Below, piece by piece: positions 1 to 9,900 of a stretch of DNA of 46,987 bases (its first letter is position 1; the number at the start of each line of letters is the position of its first letter). Under the pieces are notes generated by a model, which saw only the letters and a program-made list of their open reading frames with translations, had not been told where the DNA came from and did no database searches. The stretch comes from a virus (lineage: Duplodnaviria > Heunggongvirae > Uroviricota > Caudoviricetes): IMG/VR virus record IMGVR_UViG_2531839402_000001, one strand, 5' to 3'. Made by a program: the position numbers and the translations under genes.

Positions 1-84
1 TAGAACCTGAAACCTAGAACCTGAAACCTAGAACCTGAAACCTAGAAACTGAAACCTAGAAACTGAAACCTAGAAACTGAAAAC
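1..84. repeat. Tandem array of six 14-bp units TAGAA(C/A)CTGAAA(C/A)C, probably truncated by the window edge
   Basis: Units at 1,15,29 (TAGAACCTGAAACC), 43,57 (TAGAAACTGAAACC) and 71 (TAGAAACTGAAAAC). No spacers. The unit length is not a multiple of 3 and contains TAG on both strands, so the array is non-coding. Confidence 0.95.
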
Positions 85-135
85 TCGACTTTAGAGATGC
101 CTCGCGAGCAAAGGCGTGGGGCTAGGAGTACAAGC

Positions 136-405
136 ATGTCAGCACTGAAAAAACAGCGCATCGATCTCAGATTAACCGACGACGACAAGAGCATGATCGA
201 AGAAGCTGCGGCAATGACCAACCAGACGATTACTCAGTTTATGGTTGCCAGTGCCTCTGAACGTGCTGCGGAAGTGATAGAGCAACATCGCCGATTGATT
301 CTTAGCGAAGAGTCCTGGAATCTGGTAATGAATGCTATCAGCAACCCGCCTGCACCGAATGATAGGCTGAAACGAGCTGCCAAGCGTCTACAAAGCATGG
401 AGTAA
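136..405 (+). CDS. Type II antitoxin, DUF1778 family (TacA/AtaR/KacA-like RHH), 89 aa
   Basis: AGGAG RBS at 124-128, ATG at 136. KKQRIDLRL...IEEAAAM...TITQFMVASA..RAAEVIEQHRRLILSEESW..VMNAISNPPAPNDRLKRAA is typical of DUF1778; it lies directly upstream of a GNAT. Confidence 0.92.
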   Translation: MSALKKQRIDLRLTDDDKSMIEEAAAMTNQTITQFMVASASERAAEVIEQHRRLILSEESWNLVMNAISNPPAPNDRLKRAAKRLQSME

Positions 406-408
406 GAC

Positions 409-933
409 GTGGCCGATCTGACCATAGAGATGTTTTCAGCACAAGCCGTTTACGATTTTTCGGGCTTCGACTGCGGCGAACCATCTCTGAATGATTTCCT
501 GCAAAACCGCCTGGTACAGCAACACAACGGGCGTATATTACGTGGCTACCTGCTTCTTACCAAAGATCCGGTGCCGAAAGTTAAGGGTTTTTACACGCTA
601 TCCGGGAGCTGTTTTGCAAGACAGACGCTACCATCGAACACCCAGAAGCGGAAAATCCCCTACGCAGATGCACCCAGCGTTACGCTTGGCCGTCTGGCAA
701 TAGATATCAGCCTACAGAAACAAGGCTACGGGGAGGTTCTCGTAACGCACGCGTTGAAGGTTGTTTATCAGGCTTCTCGCGCAGTAGGCATATACGCTTT
801 GTTTGTGGATGCACTAAACCAAAGCGCAATGCAGTTCTATCAGAAGTTTGGATTCATCCCTTTGACGGGGGCGAATGCCAACTCGCTTTTCTACCCCACG
901 AAAAGCATTGAAGAGCTGTTTGAAGCAGAGTAA
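409..933 (+). CDS. Type II toxin, GNAT acetyltransferase (TacT/AtaT/KacT-like aminoacyl-tRNA acetylase)
   Basis: FDCGEPSLNDFL, VKGFYTLS, TLGRLAID..LQKQGYGEVLV and A..FYQKFGF motifs; 3 nt after the DUF1778 gene. Confidence 0.92.
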   Translation: MADLTIEMFSAQAVYDFSGFDCGEPSLNDFLQNRLVQQHNGRILRGYLLLTKDPVPKVKGFYTLSGSCFARQTLPSNTQKRKIPYADAPSVTLGRLAIDISLQKQGYGEVLVTHALKVVYQASRAVGIYALFVDALNQSAMQFYQKFGFIPLTGANANSLFYPTKSIEELFEAE

Positions 934-936
934 ACG

Positions 937-962
937 AAGCCCCTCAATCGAGGGGCTTTTTT
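937..962. terminator. Intrinsic terminator between the TA operon and the convergent lysis cassette
   Basis: AAGCCCCTC-AATC-GAGGGGCTT followed by a T run. Confidence 0.85.
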
Positions 963-1197
963 AATTCAAGGCTTGCCTGTCCTGCCAGTTGCACAATCGC
1001 TCCCCCATCGTGTTATGGAAGAGGATCTCGCGTTCCGTCTCTTCGGTCATACAGTCGTCGTTACTGACATAAATAGGGTTTGCTGCATCGCAAAACAGCA
1101 CGCCGGAAGTCTGTGTCTTAATCACGCAGCCACTTATCATGCAGCTCGCGATGAACAGCAGAAGCATCTTTCCGCCGCACCTCATCAAGTGTTTCAT
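961..1197 (-). CDS. Putative o-spanin (Rz1-like lipoprotein); start at 1197 or 1167
   Basis: Hydrophobic signal with lipobox ISG-C and a Cys-containing periplasmic part; overlaps the 3' end of the upstream membrane gene; last gene of the lysis cassette. Confidence 0.7.
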   Translation of the reverse strand: MKHLMRCGGKMLLLFIASCMISGCVIKTQTSGVLFCDAANPIYVSNDDCMTEETEREILFHNTMGERLCNWQDRQALN

Positions 1198-1369
1198 TTT
1201 TGACGTCCACTGTACTTTGAAGCCTCTTTCTGTCTTCCTGTCGGGCCTTCTCTTCGATTGCTTGCCGAGCCGCACGACCTCCCATCGTATAAGCACCGAC
1301 AAGCACGAAAAGAACGGCAGCCAGAGTCATCAGAGCAAACTTCAGCTTTGAAAATAGGCTGCCGGTCAT
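1118..1369 (-). CDS. Putative i-spanin (Rz-like), 83 aa
   Basis: ATG at 1369 just after the endolysin stop; N-terminal TM (FALMTLAAVLFVLVGAYTMG) followed by a charged helical region. Confidence 0.72.
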   Translation of the reverse strand: MTGSLFSKLKFALMTLAAVLFVLVGAYTMGGRAARQAIEEKARQEDRKRLQSTVDVKNETLDEVRRKDASAVHRELHDKWLRD

Positions 1370-1370
1370 A

Positions 1371-2063
1371 TCAGACCATCCCGTTCTGGTGTTTTCGCAC
1401 CTGTGACCAGGCGATAAAGACAGCCACCACAATGGTCGCGATACCGAAGATGATCCGAACCGTATCACCACTGGTGATGTGTCCCTGCGCCTTGTCCATT
1501 GCCGCAGAGACCTGTGGCATGACGTCGGCCAGCTGTGCCAGACCAATTCCCGCCGTAACGGTCGCACCGGCAGTCTCTTTGGTTACAGGAACAGCCTTCA
1601 CGGTTTTCACCGGCTTAACGACACCAGCGCGACGCAGACCTTCCTCAATAACTTCTGCCGCATACCAGGTATTCGGCGTTTTGAGCGGGCCACGGCCATT
1701 TTCATGACGGATAATCGCCTCAACCAGTGGACGCAGAGTGTCGTAGTCGTGCAGATCGATGATCATGTCCGGGGTGACGCCAACGGCTTTAGATACCTCG
1801 TTCACGTAAGCCACGGTGTTGTTTTCATGCGGCGGCGCCCAACGCTCGATGACTTCGCGGATCGTATCGATGCTGGAACCGTCTTTTGCGCGGCGCTTAT
1901 CATGGTAGGTGATGAGCGTCACAGTCAGTGCCCGAATCCCCCATACGGGGTCTTTGAAGGTGCAGAAACGCGTCTCTGCAGGGTTGTTTACTAACCCTTG
2001 CCACGGCGAACCTTTATCCAGGTTCCCGGGGTTATTGTTACGAATGCCTCTTGGAGTACCCAT
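1371..2063 (-). CDS. Putative endolysin (lysozyme-like GIRNNNPGN family) with C-terminal hydrophobic segments, 230 aa
   Basis: PRGIRNNNPGNL, F..PVWGIRA, ERWAPPHENNT..Y and AIIRHENG motifs; lies between the holin-like and spanin genes. Confidence 0.75.
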   Translation of the reverse strand: MGTPRGIRNNNPGNLDKGSPWQGLVNNPAETRFCTFKDPVWGIRALTVTLITYHDKRRAKDGSSIDTIREVIERWAPPHENNTVAYVNEVSKAVGVTPDMIIDLHDYDTLRPLVEAIIRHENGRGPLKTPNTWYAAEVIEEGLRRAGVVKPVKTVKAVPVTKETAGATVTAGIGLAQLADVMPQVSAAMDKAQGHITSGDTVRIIFGIATIVVAVFIAWSQVRKHQNGMV

Positions 2064-2079
2064 CCTTGTTGTTCTCCTG

Positions 2080-2403
2080 TTATTGCAGTCCATTTTTCAC
2101 GCCATAAGCGGCCAAACCCAAAAGCAGTACGGTGATCAGGAACGAGGTAATCTTGGAAATAATGCCCCCAAAGAACCCGCTTGAAATTGTGTCGAGCCGA
2201 TTAAGAAGTTTGTCCAGGTTGGAATGCTGAATGCTATGTTGCGCCGGAGTCATATCACCAAAGTAAGTTCGCAGTTGATCGTTGACCTCCTGACCAATAT
2301 CGTCGCGAAGCTCCTTACTTAATTTGCCGACGACTTCTCGCGCAACAATTGCGGCAATGCGCTCAACCTGCTCTGGCGTCACGCCTGCCATCTCGTTTGA
2401 CAT
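2080..2403 (-). CDS. Putative holin or holin-like membrane protein, 107 aa
   Basis: GGAGG RBS; a single C-terminal hydrophobic segment (FFGGIISKITSFLITVLLLGLAAYGV); first gene of the lysis cassette. Confidence 0.6.
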   Translation of the reverse strand: MSNEMAGVTPEQVERIAAIVAREVVGKLSKELRDDIGQEVNDQLRTYFGDMTPAQHSIQHSNLDKLLNRLDTISSGFFGGIISKITSFLITVLLLGLAAYGVKNGLQ

Positions 2404-2460
2404 GTCTTCCTCCATGAATAAGCCAAATCGAATGGCGAATTTATATCATAAATTAAAAAT

Positions 2461-2490
2461 TAATAGTAGGTAAGTGCTTACCTACTATTA
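2461..2490 (-). promoter_or_regulatory. Late-type dyad operator/promoter upstream of the lysis genes
   Basis: TAATAGTAGGTAAG-TG-CTTACCTACTATTA with perfect 14-bp arms; minus strand reads GGTAAG-CA-CTTACC-TACTAT. Confidence 0.75.
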
Positions 2491-2502
2491 TGATTAACTA
2501 AA

Positions 2503-3936
2503 TTACTCCTGAATGGCAGTAACCAAATCTGCGTCGAGAGCTGTTTGATTTACCTTAAGGATATCTCCCGCTTCGGATGAATGAAGTGTATTCTCCAGTG
2601 ATTCAACTCGTTGTAGCAGTACCTTAACAGTTGCCAGCATATCCATCATGAGCACGTTATTGTCCAATTGCAGGCGATCGTCATTTACTTGCATGCCGTT
2701 CTTCATGTACGAAGTGTGCACCTGCTTAACATATTGAGGATCAACTTCCTGTGCCTGTTGAGCGACAATCCCTCTGCGAACTCTGCTCAGCTCATCATCG
2801 TTGTAGATAAACGTCACTAACTCAAGCTGACGAATGCGATCAACAGACAGCTGACCGTCAGTAGGTTCAATGTCATGCTTTAACCGCGCATCTGACGTCC
2901 CTTGAAATTGAACATTCCCATTCTGGCTACTGTAAATCCTGCCGCCAGGTAAGAACTGCCAGTACTGGACATCCTGCGAATAACCGCGAAGCATGACGAC
3001 CAGTCGATGGTTGGTTCCGACCTGTTCCTCAAACCAGATACCTCCCGCCCCAGAGTCGCCATTCCCGTCCGCGCCCCGCGTGTTTAATCTCCACGTGCTC
3101 CTCGGGGTGGCGATGATATCTCCCACTGCTGGTGAACCGTCAGATGATAAACGGCATGTAAAGCCGTCGCTATAAGCTGAGTTGTACAAAGTGCAAGCAC
3201 CATACATACCAGTACCTCCACGTACACGTAGCCCCGGAGTAATGGATAGCGCCACATCTTCTGTATAGATCCTGTGCGTATAGTCAGCCGTAGAATTGTT
3301 ATGATGAAAGTCAATGAATGGCGTAGCAGCAGAAAGCTCAATGCTCCCGGCATCAATAGCAGTGAACTTCGTGGCACTATCCTTTCGCAAAATTTGGCCT
3401 GAAGCCGTAATGTTGGCACTGAACGTAACGCCCTTACTGAACGTCTGAGTCTGTGTGAACGTGTTTGCGACGCTCGTTTTCGCTGCGTCTTTCAGCGAGT
3501 TGCTGAGAGCCGCAAGATCAGACGCTTTCGCCATTCCTGAAACAGCAGGAACAGTCACAGATGCACCTGTTAGAGGATCTGTCATCGTAATATCGCCACT
3601 TCCAGTCAGTGCGGTAGACCATCCCTGGACAACGTTACGCCAAAGGGTGAATGCGCTGGCTAGTTGGTTCGCAAAAGACGATGTACTGGCTGTTTCTGAT
3701 GTGATAATTCCATATTTCGCACCAGAAAAAGCTGTTGTGATGTTTCTCGTCAAAGTCAGTTGAGTGTCATTATTAACAGATTTGATGGCATACAGATCTG
3801 CACTTCCATTGCGATAAATGACAAGAATCGACCCCTCTTGAATACCAAGTGCAGCCTCCGACCACTTGGTGGAAATACCAGTAACCTTTGTCTGGTTTGC
3901 TGCACCTGTAACGGTGCCAACTTCGTACATTGCCAT
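2503..3936 (-). CDS. Side tail fibre with C-terminal intramolecular chaperone (peptidase S74-type) domain, 477 aa
   Basis: AAGGA RBS and ATG at 3936; N-terminal fibre attachment region; FIDFH..DY..RI fibre motif; SDARLKHDI autocleavage motif followed by a coiled coil. Confidence 0.85.
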   Translation of the reverse strand: MAMYEVGTVTGAANQTKVTGISTKWSEAALGIQEGSILVIYRNGSADLYAIKSVNNDTQLTLTRNITTAFSGAKYGIITSETASTSSFANQLASAFTLWRNVVQGWSTALTGSGDITMTDPLTGASVTVPAVSGMAKASDLAALSNSLKDAAKTSVANTFTQTQTFSKGVTFSANITASGQILRKDSATKFTAIDAGSIELSAATPFIDFHHNNSTADYTHRIYTEDVALSITPGLRVRGGTGMYGACTLYNSAYSDGFTCRLSSDGSPAVGDIIATPRSTWRLNTRGADGNGDSGAGGIWFEEQVGTNHRLVVMLRGYSQDVQYWQFLPGGRIYSSQNGNVQFQGTSDARLKHDIEPTDGQLSVDRIRQLELVTFIYNDDELSRVRRGIVAQQAQEVDPQYVKQVHTSYMKNGMQVNDDRLQLDNNVLMMDMLATVKVLLQRVESLENTLHSSEAGDILKVNQTALDADLVTAIQE

Positions 3937-3961
3937 AATTACATTCCTTGTTATTTTAATT

Positions 3962-3982
3962 GGCGGCTCTTGAAGAGCCGCC
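3962..3982. other. Perfect GC-rich hairpin between J and the fibre gene (no U tract on the coding strand)
   Basis: GGCGGCTCT-TGA-AGAGCCGCC. Confidence 0.6.
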
Positions 3983-3988
3983 TGAAAC

Positions 3989-6900
3989 TTAAGCCAAAGA
4001 GATGGAGCCGGTTGTCCTGTACATGGAGATAACCCCTGTAAATCGGAACTGCCCGCTATCGCCACGATTAGGCCACTGGATCGTGATATTCTGCGTTTGG
4101 CCGTAATTTGATGCCGGTATACGAATGGAGAAAATTGAAGTTTCAAAATTTTTACCTTCGTTACCTGAATCAAATGTCCATACAACTGTTTCATCAACGC
4201 GGATTGTTACGTTTTGACGCCAAACCTGCTGAATAATAATAGACCCGTTAAACACCATACGACGCTCAAATGGCATGCCCTGCACAGTAGCTATAGGATA
4301 CCGAGTACCTGATGATGTATCGGCTGTAGAAGGCCAGTTTTTAACAACACGGTCGGTCATTGTCACAACATCACCAACAATTTTATTAGCTTGCACTGTG
4401 CCAAGCACAGTGCAGTTCTCATTAATAGTCACGTTGTTAAGTACGCCAGTATTTGCGTGAACTTCGCCTCTGATATATACATTACTGAATCTGGAACGAC
4501 CATCTTTGTTGATAAACCACGTAGGATATCCATCACTTTCACGACTATCAGAACTAATTTCTTGCGCGATTTTCGCATTGGTGATGGAGCCATCCTTAAT
4601 CACAGCGGCATTCATGTAGGCAACGCCATTTTCCACAACAAATGGTGTGGTAGTGTTTCCGTTAGAGGTATTGATTAAGCCGAAGCGATCAGCCTGAACC
4701 AGAAACTGGCTCTGCAAATTTTTGCCATCGATACCTAAAGCGATACCAGCAGCATACTTTTTACCGTTGCTGTTGGTTTCCATTTTGACCATCCAGGTGC
4801 TATTAACGTTGCCGTTTTCAACAACCGTTTTCTTCAGCTCCTGCAGCTCGGCAGACTGGCCTCCTACCTGGGCCGTTAAATTCGTTTGCTGCTGAGACAG
4901 CGCACTAATCGTTGTGGCCTGAGTCTGCTGAGTTGATTTAATTGCCGCCATCGAAGTGGTGGCGTTATTCAACTCCGTCTGGTTCTTGATGTTTGCCGAT
5001 GCCTGCGCATCAATTTGCGACTGCAAGCTGGTATTCAGCGACGACTGCGTTTTCTCGTTGTTGGTGATGGTTTGCGCCATCTGATCAACCTTCGAAGACG
5101 CATCGTTCACCTGGGACGTCAAAGAGGACAGCTGAGACGCCTGGGATGTCACCTGCCCTTCTACATTGGTAACACGTGAGGTAAGGCTGGTGAGCGCGGA
5201 TGCGTTCGCATTAGCCGAATCTTGAGCCTCTTTTGCGTCGGTGATATCGGTGACAACAACGTCATCGATATACAGATCATACCCCGGTGTACCAGTGCCA
5301 GTTGTGCCGCGGGTAGATACCCAAAATGCGCCGCGAGTGTGGCCAGCGGCTACACGGAGCGTACCGGTGAATTTCTTCCATGCGCCTCTTGCACCCAATG
5401 CGGCTTCATTGATAGTGATTGCCGTCGGCCAGTTATTGTTGTTGGCAGCGTTTTGGGTCTGCAAACCAACGAGCGTTGACCACCCAGAGGATGGCGACTG
5501 ATCTGCCGGCATCATCGCCCAGAGTTCAATGCGGAATACCGCATTTTCACGCAGAGCAATCCACTTACCGATGGTTTTATCGCTGTTTCCGCCCTCACCG
5601 GCGCCGCGGGAAACACGCAACGACTTCGTTCCGCTTCGTTTCTGAGAGCTGACGACGACCGCACGCGAGCCGCTGATCTGCTGGTTTTCGGAGTACGTCT
5701 CCAGAGAACCATCAAACCACGGGTTGCTCCCCATCGCCTGAACAGTACTCAAAGAGTTTTTGAGCGAAGTTGTCTGGCTGCTCTGGGTTTCAATTTCTTT
5801 CTCGTTCTGCGTGACGCGATTCGTTAATGCCGTTAACGCAGCCGCATCAGCTTTCTTCGAAACATTTGTGTTTGTGGTAGCAAGGTCATTCTTAAGTTGC
5901 GTAACCTGGCTGCCCTGGCTGGTGATGTCATTCTCTGTCTTGGTCACACGACTATCGAGCTTAGTGATCGCGCTCGAGTTCGCCTGAGTTTCAACAGAGT
6001 CGGTCACATCGACGACATAAAAATCATCAAAGTACATCGCGCCGGCTGACAAGAAAGCAGTGAACTGAACGTCAGCAAGGACATCCTTTGTCGCCTTCCA
6101 TGTCCAAGACACCTCCTGCCAGTTAGAGGTGAACGGGCCATAAGCCTTACTTGCGATCAGGCCATTACCGTCCGCCACACGGAATTTTGTATTGTCGGTC
6201 GACTGAATGGTGGTATTAGGGTCCTGCTTTGCCCAAATTCCAATTTTGTACGACCGATCCTTCTTGAAGGAGATCTTCTGGCCTACGCCTGCAGAACCAC
6301 CCGCTGCTAGTTTGGCGGCTTTGGTGCCAAGATGTGGAACCTGCAGCGTTGCCACCGTGGCAATACCGCTCCAACCAGTGTAGCCCTCCGTACCACGCTC
6401 AAAAGACGGGTTTACGATCAGGTTACCGGGGATCTGGCTTGCTGCATCCACGCTGGCGTTACTGGACGCAAGGCTGTTTTCCAGCGCTGTTGTCGAGGAG
6501 CTCAGGGAGTCAATATTATCCCCTTGGGTCTTCACTGTATTCTGGAGCGTGGTAATTGCAGATGCGTTCGCATCAGCCTTCATCATCACACCACCAGCGG
6601 CGCCCAGCCCCATCATTACCCCGTTCACAAACTCGACTGAGGTCGAAATGTGGGCGGTGCCGTCGCCACCGGTTGGCGCACGCAGTTCCAGACCATCGCC
6701 CGGCTTCATACCTTTGCGGCCAAGGAGAATGTAGGCGCCACGATACGGCAGAGAGTTAACGACTTCGGAAGTGCCACCAAGAGATTCCAGGGCAGACAAC
6801 ACCTTACCTCGGTTGCCAGTTGGCTCATCGAATGTCAGGACGCAAACGTAAGTCCCACTGGCCAGTGCCTCGATATCAGCCGACATCGTGGCGCCATTAT

Positions 6901-9900
6901 TCGCGCTGCCAAAGACATCGTATGTTTTGGAGGTCGCAATCACCGTTGATCCGTCGCTGTGTTTTGCAAAAGTGACCAGCGCCCAGCTGCGACCAGGAGT
7001 AAACAGGTTCTTGCCGCTTTCATCAAACACCCCATGGGTAACGCTATTGCCATTACCCCGTGCGGTTACAGTAAACACAGTGCGACGGTTCATCGAGGCC
7101 TGCAGGCTGGTAATGCTGCTGTTCGCTGCGGTTAAATCGTCACCCTGAGATGTCACCGTGTTCCGGAGATCCTGCAATGCTGAAGCATCAGCTTTCTTGG
7201 CAATGTTGTTCTGAGCTGTCGACAGCCCGTTTTCCAGCGATGTGGTGCGATTACCGATAGAGCTTATGGAAGTGCCCTGCTGATTCACTGTCGTTGTCAA
7301 CAAGTCCACAGCCGACGCGCTGGCGCTATCAGCCGGAGAGTCGTTCCAGTCGGAAACAACGTTACCTACCTCAAACTTCGGGCTGTTGATGTACACCGTC
7401 TGGTCTTTGGAGGTATTGCTCTCGATACGGCACAGAATCAGGCGCTTGGTGCCCGTGGTAGGTGTCTGTTTCCACTTAACCCAGTAGCGGGCCCATGAAG
7501 TGGTCAGCGTGAACTGCGCACGGCCATCACTGTTGTTACCCTTCGCACCCTGGCTGGTCTCGATAGACGTTGTAGTGTTCGGATTGTAGAAGAACGCCGT
7601 CATAATCTGGCCAGCAACACCGCCTTTCGCATAGAAGCTGTAAACGTACTCACCTGCATCGACCGGCGACTCAAGCGTGATTTCCCGCAAATCCCTGTAA
7701 CCGGAGCCGGCTTTTACAGTTGCGCCAATTACCGCGTTACCACGATACGTGTCGCTGGTAACGTTCAACCAGCCGGTCATATCGCCAGAGTTCTTAATCA
7801 GGTTTGTACCGCCAACAGAAATGGCATCAACCTTGTTGTTCAGATTCGTGACAGAAGAACTCGTTGAGTTAATGTCTTTTTCGGTCTGGGTAACACGGTT
7901 GGTCAGTGCCGTCAGAGCATTGGCGTCCGCTTTTTGAGCAACGTTTGCATTTGTTGTTCTCAAATTATTCTCAAGATTGGTAGTACGTGTACCAATGCTG
8001 GAGATATTCTCCCCCTGCTGATTTACCGTAGAGGTCAGCGAATCAACCGCTTTCGCCGTAGCATCGAGAGAATCCTGAACTTTGGAGGAGTCGGTTACGT
8101 TCCGCAGATGCCAGTCGGTCACATACCAGACGGTGCCGAACGGGCTGGACTGGTTGATTTGCAGGAATGGACGGAAGAAACCGCGATCGACAATTCCCTG
8201 ATTAATTTTGAAACGCCAGGTTACTCGCTGCCATGTGGCCGACGCCTTGCGGTTGCCGCCAGATGACAGAGGCGCGCCCACGCTGCCGCTTGGCCGTGTT
8301 GCGGTTCCGAGATACAGGTTGAAATCAGCGGAGCCGGTGCCACACGCGACGAGAGCAGACATTTCATAGACATCCCCCAATGTCGCCGGAATAGCAGCAA
8401 AATTTGGGTGATGGTCGCGAGCCGCAATGCGTGCAACATAAGCGTATGGGCAATTGGCTGGCACGCCCTCAGACGAGCTGGAAACCACAGTGAAGCCCAT
8501 CTGACTAAACTCTGGGTCAAATGTCGGGTTGCTAATCAAATCGCCACTTGTCGCATTCCCTGCGCGTACAGATGAATTAAGCGCAGTGATACTGCTATTC
8601 GCGGAGGATAAGCCCGACTCTGTTTGATCGACGCGCCCGGACAACACGCTTAAAGCGCTCTGATCCGCTTTTTTACTGACGTTGTTATTGGTCGTTGCCA
8701 GGTCATTTGTCAGTTTGGTGATGCTGTTACCCTGACTGGTGATCTGGTCACCCTGTTGGGAGACGGTCGAGTCCAGTGTCGAAATCGCATTGGCGTTAGC
8801 ATCTGCTGTACTTTGCGCATTGTAGGCATCAGTTACTTCGGTAATGACCAGGTCATCAATAAGGAATGAGTTTCCCGCCTTAACGCTGCTAACGTTAGGA
8901 ATAGAAATCCTCACCATTGCCTGCTTAATACCGCTCTTCGTTGATTTCAGGTAACCAGAAACCTTCGTCCATTGAGCTGTAGACAGATCTTTCGCCGCTT
9001 TGGTTACTGCTGGCCACTGCCAGGAGTTGTCCTGATACTGGAGCGACAAGCCAATGGAGATCTGCGCATTCTCGGCCATAGCGGTGCTCTTGGCATCCAG
9101 CTTAACCCAGCATTCCATATAGAAGACTGCGTTATCGCGAACCTGGAACCCGCTGAAAATGTGATTATCGCTGTTATCAGTTGCGTTAGCGTTGTAATCA
9201 TTCGGACGCGTCACACGGATGCACTTACTACCGCCATGCGAGTCATCAGTGGTCACGATAACGCGATTATTTGATAGATTATGGCCAACCGCGTAGCTTT
9301 CAAAAGTGCCATCAGGAAGCAGATTGGCGCCGCGTTTGGATTGCTGGTTCAGAGAGCTGCTGAGCGACGTAATGTTGCTGTTCGCCGCCGTCAGACCGGA
9401 CTCCGTCTTCTCTACCCGACCTGTCAGCGTAGTGACTGCCGACTGATCGGCCTTTTTCGCGATGTTTGCGTCAGCGACTTCGAGGTCATTGGTCAACTTA
9501 GTGATGCTGTTGCCCTGACTGGTGATCTTGTCACCCTGCTGCGTCACCGTGCTCGACAACGTAGACAGCGCATCGCTATTAGCCTTGATCTTCACCTCAT
9601 CCGTGATATCAAAGACCTTAAAGGTATCAACCCAGATTTCGGCATTAGCCGGGTGCGCGTAAAGCTTAAAGTTCTGACCATCAGCGTTAGAGGCAGTAAG
9701 CCCAGTCTCCCAGGTAATGGTCTGCCACTCACTGGTGAGTGTGACGTTTTTATCTTCATAATTGCTGTCGGTCTGGCCGATTTTATTCTGGCGCCGGATC
9801 AACATGTTCATCGCCCCGGACACGCCCTTGGCTTTAACCACAACACGATATTTGCGCTGACCATTAAGCGGCAGCGGCTTGTTGTTGTTGGAGAAGATGC

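Noticed and set aside
1-84. CRISPR array
   Set aside because: Repeats are contiguous with no unique spacers, only 14 bp long, and no cas genes are present.
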